This document shows positions 50,486-56,962 of a stretch of 56,962 bases of DNA, piece by piece. This DNA comes from Anaerolineae bacterium (GTDB taxonomy: Bacteria; Chloroflexota; Anaerolineae; Epilineales; Epilineaceae): contig JBGAUA010000006.1 in the NCBI GenBank assembly GCA_044228875.1, positions 1-56,962 on the forward strand, given 5' to 3'. The notes beneath the pieces are model-generated. The model was not told where the DNA came from. It saw only the letters and a program-made list of their open reading frames with translations, and did no database searches. Each line of letters begins with the position of its first letter. Position 1 is the first letter of the stretch. The translations under genes and the position numbers were made by a program.

Positions 50486-50533
50486 ACGCGGGCACGGTGC
50501 CCGAACCAACGGTTCGGGTACGCGTGCCCGCGT
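50486..50533. terminator. Long hairpin between convergent genes
   Basis: ACGCGGGCACGGTGCCCGAACC-AAC-GGTTCGGGTACGCGTGCCCGCGT: about 22 bp with one bulge and one G-U pair. Confidence 0.55.
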
Positions 50534-50553
50534 CGCGGCGTGTGCGGTCGGGG

Positions 50554-52347
50554 TCAGGGTTGGCCGGTGGCGGCCGGTGGGGCCTCTCCCTCTGCGGGCG
50601 CGTCGGCATCCGGGGCCGCAGAATCAGGCGCGGCAGCGTCCGGCGCGGAGGGGTCGGCCGCGCTCGGCGCGACCGTGCCGATGCTGATGCTCCCCTGGCT
50701 ACCCAGCCCGGCGATGTCGATCGTCGGAGCCGCCGGAGCGTTCAAGAAGTCGTTCATGTAGGTGACGAACCAGTCGGGTTCGGCCGGGATCTTGTCGTCG
50801 AAGGGGAACTTGTCGATCTTGGCGCGCCTGGCCTCGTCGGTCTTGGCGTCCTTGATCATGGTCAGCCAGTCCTGGACCGCGTTGTCGCGCCGGGTCGTCA
50901 ACTCCGTCTTGTCGACGGCCCGCGCGGCATCCACGTTCTTGGCATGGATGACCAGGAAGCCGTTGGACGACTGCAGCGCCGCGGACACGCCACCGGCCTT
51001 CAGCTGCAGCAACTGATCCAGCTCCGCCTCGTCGGTCAGGCCGAAGTCGGTGTCCGTTTTCAAGCCGTGGCGGGTCAGCCACTTGGCTTCCGCACTCGCG
51101 GCGCTGGCGAAGGGGTCCGGCGTGGGCGTGGGGACGGTCGTGGCCGCCGCGGTGGGCGCCTCAGGGGCCACTGCGGTGCCGTCGGCGGGGGCGTCAACGG
51201 CTGTCGGCGCGGCCACGTCGGCGGCCGCTTCCGTCCCGGCCGCCTCGGCGGTGGCCGTGGCCTGCAGGAAGATCGGACCGCCCTCGCCGGTGGCTTCGGG
51301 GCTCGGCTCGGGGCTGCCGGCGGCAGCATCGTCACCGGCCGCGTCATCGGCAGCCGCCTCGTCGCCGGCCGGGTCGGCGGCGTCAGCTGCCGGTTCCTCC
51401 CGGGGACCGAACTGGCTGACCAGATCCGCCCAGCTGGCGCCGCCGGCGGCCGCCTTGGCTGCGGCCTCGGCGCTGGCCTTGTCCACGAAGCGCAGGAACT
51501 CGGCTTCCAGCTGCGGCTCCTTGTCCGCGATCTCCGCGCCCATGGCCTTGTTGAGGTTCTCCCGCAGGACGGCTTCGCGGATGACCTTGAGGTACTCGGC
51601 CCGGCTCAGGCCGATCTGCTGCAGACCCGGCTCCACTTCCCGGCGGACCGCGCCATCGAACTTGCTGGCGGGGACGGCGGCCACGACGGTCGCACGCTCA
51701 GCCGTCGCCAGGGCGATGGCCTCCTCGCTCATCACGGTAGGCGTGGGCATGGGCGTGGACGACGCCGCGGAGGTGGCCTTGACCTCCACCGTCGCCGTCG
51801 CGCTCGGCAGGGGGGTGGGCGAACCCAGCAGGGCCAGGCTCAGCCGTGAATCGTTGTTGATGAGGTAGCTCTGGATGTCCGCTTCCGTCACCGTGACGCC
51901 ACGCTTCTCGGCTTCCATGCGCACCAGCGCCTCGTCCACCAGCAGATCCTGCACCGCCGTGCCCACGCCGTCGCGCTGGTTCTTGGCCATGGAGTTCAGG
52001 ATGCTGGGGTCGCTGATCGACAGACCCTTGAGGTTCTGGAGATTCTGGATGATCTGGTTGCGCTGGTACTGCACGCGCGGGACGAAGTCCTGGGCGGTGA
52101 TGGTCTCGGAGGGGCCGTCCTGGCCCAAGGTGACCTTGGCGATGGGCTGGCGAGGCTTGTACCAGCCCTCCCAGTACGCGCCGAAACCCACGATGAGAGC
52201 GATCAGGACCAGGACCGGGAGCAGTACCGCCAGCAGGCTCTTGCTCTGCTGGCGTTCCATGCGCTCATGTAGGAGTCGCTTGCGGATCTCGACGGGCGAT
52301 TCCTGCTTCGTCAGGCCGGCCAGGCGGCGGCGCTTGCCGGAAGCCAT
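50554..52347 (-). CDS. Membrane-anchored SurA/PrsA-like foldase
   Basis: N-terminal TM, QPIAKV, LVDEALVRMEAEKRGVTVTEADI, degenerate parvulin (QLKAGGVSAALQSSNGFLVI). Confidence 0.8.
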   Translation of the reverse strand: MASGKRRRLAGLTKQESPVEIRKRLLHERMERQQSKSLLAVLLPVLVLIALIVGFGAYWEGWYKPRQPIAKVTLGQDGPSETITAQDFVPRVQYQRNQIIQNLQNLKGLSISDPSILNSMAKNQRDGVGTAVQDLLVDEALVRMEAEKRGVTVTEADIQSYLINNDSRLSLALLGSPTPLPSATATVEVKATSAASSTPMPTPTVMSEEAIALATAERATVVAAVPASKFDGAVRREVEPGLQQIGLSRAEYLKVIREAVLRENLNKAMGAEIADKEPQLEAEFLRFVDKASAEAAAKAAAGGASWADLVSQFGPREEPAADAADPAGDEAAADDAAGDDAAAGSPEPSPEATGEGGPIFLQATATAEAAGTEAAADVAAPTAVDAPADGTAVAPEAPTAAATTVPTPTPDPFASAASAEAKWLTRHGLKTDTDFGLTDEAELDQLLQLKAGGVSAALQSSNGFLVIHAKNVDAARAVDKTELTTRRDNAVQDWLTMIKDAKTDEARRAKIDKFPFDDKIPAEPDWFVTYMNDFLNAPAAPTIDIAGLGSQGSISIGTVAPSAADPSAPDAAAPDSAAPDADAPAEGEAPPAATGQP

Positions 52348-52358
52348 TGCCGCCCCCC

Positions 52359-52778
52359 TCAGGAACGCCCGCCGTAAAGGCGGACGTGATCGGGCGTGTA
52401 GGGCAGGAGCGCCATGTAACGTGCCAGCTTGACGGCACGGGTGATCCGGTGCTGGCTGATGGCGTCGACGCGGCTACGACGGCGCGAGCGGATGCGCCCG
52501 CCCTCATCCACGAAGCGCTCCAGGACGTCGATGTTCCGGTAGTTGATGCTCTTGGGGTCGGTGTGCATGGGGGCGCCACGGCCGCGCGAGCGGCCGCCGT
52601 AGCTGCCACCACCACCACCACCGCCGTAGGAGGAGCCGCCGCGGTCACCGCCGCCGCCGTAGGAGGAGCCGCCGCGATCGCCGCCGCCGCCGTAGCCGCT
52701 GCGGCCACCGCGGCCGCTCGGCGGGCCGTAGGATCCGCCGGCGCCGCCGGAGGGTGAAGTGGGAGAGGGACTGGTCAT
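52359..52778 (-). CDS. rpsR: 30S ribosomal protein bS18 with Gly-rich N-terminal extension
   Basis: INYRNIDVLERFVDEGGRI..RAVKLARYMALLPY. GGAG RBS. Located after rpsF-ssb. Confidence 0.93.
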   Translation of the reverse strand: MTSPSPTSPSGGAGGSYGPPSGRGGRSGYGGGGDRGGSSYGGGGDRGGSSYGGGGGGGSYGGRSRGRGAPMHTDPKSINYRNIDVLERFVDEGGRIRSRRRSRVDAISQHRITRAVKLARYMALLPYTPDHVRLYGGRS

Positions 52779-52823
52779 GATCGGATACTCCACGTTGGGT
52801 GTAGGGTCTGATTGGGTGATGGT

Positions 52824-53162
52824 CTAGGCTTGGGGGTTCAGGGACAGCACCTGGGCGGCCACGATCTCCGTCTGCTGGTGCTGGCGACCTTCGGAATCCG
52901 TCCAGCCGCGCACCTGCAGCCGACCCTCGACGTAGGCCGGGAGGCCGCCGCTCAAGGTCTGATCGCAGCGCTCGGCCAACTCGCCCCAGGCGACGACGTT
53001 GAAGCTGTCGATGGCGCTCTGCGGCTGGCCTTCCGGGCCGGTCCAGTTGCGCGGGACGGTGAGGATGAAGGTGGCCACCACCACGCCGGACGGGGCGCGG
53101 CGGGTCTCTGGGTCACCGGCCAGCTGGCCGATCAGGGTGACGCGATTGAGGCCTTGGTGCAT
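52824..53162 (-). CDS. ssb: Single-stranded DNA-binding protein, OB fold only
   Basis: LNRVTLIG..DPE, VVAWGELAE, YVEGRLQ..W.D, TEIVA. Located between rpsF and rpsR. Confidence 0.88.
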   Translation of the reverse strand: MHQGLNRVTLIGQLAGDPETRRAPSGVVVATFILTVPRNWTGPEGQPQSAIDSFNVVAWGELAERCDQTLSGGLPAYVEGRLQVRGWTDSEGRQHQQTEIVAAQVLSLNPQA

Positions 53163-53250
53163 GACGAGCGGGCTCCCGCTGGATCCCATCCCCGCTATCC
53201 GCCGGCGGCCGGTCGGCCTGCCGGAAATGGATCGGGGCTAAGGCGGTGGA

Positions 53251-53583
53251 TCAGGCTTCGTCGGTGCGCAGCACCATGTGGCGGATGACGCTCTCGTCAT
53301 AGCGGACGCCCCGGTCAAGCGCCTCGAGGGTCGCCGGCGTGCCGCTGAAGGTGAAGATGGCGTAGTAGCCCTCGTTGCGCCCCTTGATGGGGTAGGTCAG
53401 GCGGCGCGTCTTCCAGCCTTCCGTCGTGGCGACGATCGTGCCCTTGCGATCGACCATCTGGCCGCTCTCGCCCATCTCGGCGCCGTTCTCGGTGAGCAGG
53501 CCGGTCACCTTGCCCACGAACCCGTTGACGCCCTCATCACCCAGGCCGGGCTGCAGAATGAACATGGCTTCGTATGGATGCAT
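53251..53583 (-). CDS. rpsF: 30S ribosomal protein bS6
   Basis: YEAMFILQP, W..RRLTYPI...NEGYY, DESVIRHMV. Alternative start 53604. Confidence 0.93.
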   Translation of the reverse strand: MHPYEAMFILQPGLGDEGVNGFVGKVTGLLTENGAEMGESGQMVDRKGTIVATTEGWKTRRLTYPIKGRNEGYYAIFTFSGTPATLEALDRGVRYDESVIRHMVLRTDEA

Positions 53584-53595
53584 CGCTAGGAAAGT

Positions 53596-53633
53596 CCTTT
53601 CCATGGGTTTGCCCCCGGTATGGGGCAGAAAGG
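53596..53633 (-). ncRNA. S6:S18 ribosomal protein leader (autoregulatory)
   Basis: CCUUUC-UGCCCC-loop-GGGGCA-AACCCAUG-GAAAGG: two stems with a CCC-containing 3' bulge. The outer stem sequesters the AAGG SD of rpsF. Confidence 0.65.
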
Positions 53634-53892
53634 TAGGTCTGTCGCGGTCATCGCTGCGACCGGACCCAGAACCTGGAGATTAATAGCACGGGAGCGGCGA
53701 AGGACCAAGCCGACGCCCAGAAGAGACCGCCCGGCGGTCCTGCGCCCCGCAGGCGGCCATCCGCGCCAGCGCACCGTAACACCTGCGACTGCTGAGCGGT
53801 TAATCGTATGCTAACCGCGCGACGACCGACGACCATGGGGCGCCGCGCTTGTTGCCATATCGGCGTCGTCAAACGCCTGGGGGCTCGAATCC

Positions 53893-56800
53893 ATGAATGC
53901 TCCGCACCGGCTGTCTCGGTTGTCACGGCCGCGCGCTCGCGCCGCCGGGCTCAGCGCTGTCCTCGCGTTGGGCTTTCTCGCCGCGATCTCCGCAGCCGGC
54001 GAGCGCCCCCTGCGTGCCCAACCGGCGCCGCCCGCACTCAACTACCGCCTGCAGGCCACCTGGGAGAGCCAGCCGCCAGCTACCCATGTGGCCCTGGAAT
54101 GGCCGGAAGGGCATGTCAGCGGTGGTCTGGGGCAGAACCCCGAAAGTCGCGAGATCCTGGTCACCGACCTGAGCGACCACAGCCTGCGCGTCTACGCCCC
54201 CGACGGCCGTTTCCTGCGCCGCCTGGCCGGCTTCGGCATCGGCCCCGGCCAGCTGGCCGAACCTCGCGATGTGGACGGCCTGCCCGGCGGGCGCCTGGCG
54301 GTGGCCGACACGGGCAACAACCGCGTGCAGGTGCTGGCGGCCGACGGCGCGCCCCTGGCCAGCTGGGCGGTCAACGGGCCGCAGGGCCTGGAGGTGGTGC
54401 GCGACTGGATCTACGTCGTCTCCCGCCCCGACCGGCGGGTCTACGGCTTCAACGCCGATGGCGTCCTGCAGCGCAGCATCGACCTGAGCGGCCGCCTGAG
54501 CGCGCCGGAAGGCCTGGCCTACCGCGGCGACATGACCGGCGGCGGCGCGGGCGAACGCCCTACGGCCACCTTCGTGGTGGCCGACCCTCAGAGCGGCCAG
54601 GCCCTGGGCGTGCGCGACGAGGGCACGCAGCAGGTGACCCTCCTCGCCGCCCCGCCGCGCATGGTCATCGCCGCTCCCTGGTCCTACCAGGACGCACAGT
54701 ACTGGCTGATCGGCGCGGAGGCCAAGGGGCTGGTGATCAGCCATCCCAGCGGCGAGGTCGCGGCCGAACTGACCTTTGATCGCGTCGCCGACATCGAAAC
54801 CCTGTCCGACGGACCGGTGCTGTTGGCGGCAGGCTCGCAGGGCCTGGCCCTGGTGCCGGACCTGGCCTACGTCCTGCGGCAGGAGACCGACACCTTCGGG
54901 CGCCTGCTGGCCCCGCGGCGCATCGGGGTGGGAGCGGACGTGGTGCTGGGCGACGGGGCGCCGCGGGCCCAGATCTGGAGCCTGAGCGGCCATCCGCTGG
55001 CGGACCTGCGCTTCGACGCCGGCGACCCGCCCACGGTGCCGGAAGAAGACATCGCCGCCCCGGCGGACGTGGCGGCCGCCGGCCCCTGGCGCTTCGCGCT
55101 GTGGCGCAGCGGTCGCATCCGCCGCCTGGACCCAGCCACGGGTCTGGCGCCCACCTGGGCGCCGGAGGCCGGCGGAAGCCGCTGGATGGTGGGCCTGGGC
55201 GCGGCGGGCGACAGTCTGGCCAGCTTCGACCTGGCCAACCAGCAGGTGGTCTTCTTCGACCCCAACCTGCAGCCCACGGGCTTCTGGCCCACGGCGGCCG
55301 CCGGCTTCCTGGGCGCCGCGGACCTGGCGCTCTCGGCCGAGCGGGTGTTCATCATCGACCGCTACCGTTACCGCCTGACGGTCTGGAGTCGCGACGGACA
55401 GCTGCTGGCCCAGCAGACGATGGCCGCCCATCCGGAGCGGGTAGCCGCCGACGCCCAGGGCCGGGCCTTCGTCCTCACCCGCTCCGGCTGGGTGCTGGCC
55501 TTCGACGCCGCCGGCGCCCCCTTGGGCGCCTGGCCGGTGAAGGCGGGCGACGCCGAGCCCTCCGACCTGGCCCTGGACGGCGCGGGCCTGCTCTACGTGG
55601 CCGACGCCAAGGGCTTCGTGCAGGTCTTCGCCCCCGACACGGGCACGCCCGCCGGCCTGCCGCAGTTCGGCGGCGGGGGGCGCTGCGGGGCCATCGCCTT
55701 CAAGAGCGCGCAGCCCACGGAGGTGGAGCTTGGCCAGCCGGTGGAGGTGCAGCTGGTGGTCGACGGCAGCTGCCCCAGCGAGGACCAGAACGTGGACGTG
55801 GTCCTGACCCTGGACCGCTCGGGCTCGATGTACGGCCGCAAGATGCAGAGCGCACGGGACGGGGCCATCAACTTCGTCCTGAACGTGGACGGGCCGCGCT
55901 CGCGGGTGGGGGTGACCACCTTCTCCAACGGCGCGGAGGAGGTGGTGCCCTTGACGGAGGAGCGGGTGCGGGCCATCCGCGGCATCGCCGGCGTGGTGGC
56001 GGGCGGCAGCACGAACATCGTCGAGGGCCTGAGCCAGGCGCGGCAGACGATGAACCGGGCGGTGGTGCGCCCGGACCTGACCCGGGTGATCATCTTCCTG
56101 TCGGATGGGCGCCATTCCATCGGCGCGGTGCCCATCCGCCAGCTGGACGACGTGATCGCGGCCACCCGCAGTGACGGCATCCGCGTCTTCACGATCGGCC
56201 TGGGCGGCGACGCCGACCGCGACACGCTCCGCCGCATGGCCACGGACGCCACGCATTTCTACGTCAGCCCCACGGAGGACGAGCTGGGCGAGATCTACCA
56301 GCAGATCGCCGGGCGCATCGCGGCCACGCCGCTGTTCAAGGCGGTGGTGGTGAAGGACCGGGTGCCGGGCAACATGCAGTTCCTGCCGGGCACGGGTCGC
56401 CCCGTCGAGCCTGCCTGGGACGAGGCCTCGCGCACCCTCAGCTGGGATCTGGGCATGGTGCCGGAGCCGGGCTTCCGCCTGACCTACCAGCTGCTGCCCC
56501 TGCGCCCGGGGCTCTGGCCGACGAACGTGGACGCCTGGACGGAGCACGTGGACGGCCGCGACGCGCCGGGCCGGCTGGACTTCCCGGTGCCCTATGTGCG
56601 GATCAAGGGCTTCCTGCCCACCGATACGCCCACGCCAACGGACACGCCGAGCGCGACAGCCACGCCGACGGACACGCCCTCGCCCACGGTGACGCCGACT
56701 GCCACCCCCACCCTGACGCCGACGAGCAGCCCCACCCCCACGCACACCCTCACCGCCACGCCCAGCCCGCGGCCCAGCCGCACGCCCACGCGGCGGCCCA

Positions 56801-56962
56801 GGCCCATCTTCCTGCCCTTCGCCATGGTGGACCGCTGCACGCCGCAGACGCGGCTGAGCGACATCGTCCTGGTGCTGGACAGCAGCTCCAGCATGGAGTT
56901 CCCCACCCATGCGGGCGGCCCGAAGAAGCGCGAGGCGATGGTGGCGGCGGCCTCGGCCTTCC
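53893..56962 (+). CDS. Secreted NHL-repeat / split Ig-like / double VWA protein (partial, runs off the window; absent from the ORF track)
   Basis: Frame 1 from ATG 53893: signal peptide ([20 protein letters not shown]), NHL ([11 protein letters not shown]), VWA DRSGSM at 55813, PT linker, IFLPFAMV, second VWA DSSSSM. No stop before the window end. Confidence 0.88.
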   Translation, partial: MNAPHRLSRLSRPRARAAGLSAVLALGFLAAISAAGERPLRAQPAPPALNYRLQATWESQPPATHVALEWPEGHVSGGLGQNPESREILVTDLSDHSLRVYAPDGRFLRRLAGFGIGPGQLAEPRDVDGLPGGRLAVADTGNNRVQVLAADGAPLASWAVNGPQGLEVVRDWIYVVSRPDRRVYGFNADGVLQRSIDLSGRLSAPEGLAYRGDMTGGGAGERPTATFVVADPQSGQALGVRDEGTQQVTLLAAPPRMVIAAPWSYQDAQYWLIGAEAKGLVISHPSGEVAAELTFDRVADIETLSDGPVLLAAGSQGLALVPDLAYVLRQETDTFGRLLAPRRIGVGADVVLGDGAPRAQIWSLSGHPLADLRFDAGDPPTVPEEDIAAPADVAAAGPWRFALWRSGRIRRLDPATGLAPTWAPEAGGSRWMVGLGAAGDSLASFDLANQQVVFFDPNLQPTGFWPTAAAGFLGAADLALSAERVFIIDRYRYRLTVWSRDGQLLAQQTMAAHPERVAADAQGRAFVLTRSGWVLAFDAAGAPLGAWPVKAGDAEPSDLALDGAGLLYVADAKGFVQVFAPDTGTPAGLPQFGGGGRCGAIAFKSAQPTEVELGQPVEVQLVVDGSCPSEDQNVDVVLTLDRSGSMYGRKMQSARDGAINFVLNVDGPRSRVGVTTFSNGAEEVVPLTEERVRAIRGIAGVVAGGSTNIVEGLSQARQTMNRAVVRPDLTRVIIFLSDGRHSIGAVPIRQLDDVIAATRSDGIRVFTIGLGGDADRDTLRRMATDATHFYVSPTEDELGEIYQQIAGRIAATPLFKAVVVKDRVPGNMQFLPGTGRPVEPAWDEASRTLSWDLGMVPEPGFRLTYQLLPLRPGLWPTNVDAWTEHVDGRDAPGRLDFPVPYVRIKGFLPTDTPTPTDTPSATATPTDTPSPTVTPTATPTLTPTSSPTPTHTLTATPSPRPSRTPTRRPRPIFLPFAMVDRCTPQTRLSDIVLVLDSSSSMEFPTHAGGPKKREAMVAAASAF

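Noticed and set aside
53923-56910. 995-aa minus-strand ORF
   Set aside because: Shadow of the plus-strand NHL/VWA gene starting at 53893.

Overview
Very GC-rich (about 70% by eye) bacterial chromosomal window. The gene set and protein style point to a Chloroflexota (Anaerolineae/Ardenticatenia-like) organism; this is an inference. Housekeeping genes: glmS, dnaE, fabV, hutU, rpsF-ssb-rpsR and a PrsA/SurA-like foldase. Envelope genes: two GT4, one GT2, VanZ, MBOAT+SGNH, rhomboid, a YeeE/YedE pair, an OppA-like binding protein and a giant RND transporter. Regulators: two divergent ECF sigma/anti-sigma pairs, an orphan histidine kinase and a PemK/MazF TA module. Main highlights: (1) six dispersed secreted proteins share a short hydrophobic-aromatic-(L/V)-P motif (VYLPLV, IFLPFA, VFLPLA, IYVPRL, LWLPAL, IVFPLV), which looks like a sorting or assembly tag; (2) two giant NHL-propeller proteins carry a VWA domain inserted in a DUF11-like Ig fold with a Lys/Asp/Asn isopeptide triad, and a third paralog has the same fold without the insert; (3) a glmS ribozyme of about 300 nt has a 40-nt insertion in its catalytic core and a compensatory change in P2.2; (4) a 1503-aa RND pump has a ~400-aa insert containing 19-aa helical repeats. 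I found no tRNA, rRNA, CRISPR array or transposase. Most long ORFs in the supplied track are antisense or off-frame shadows.
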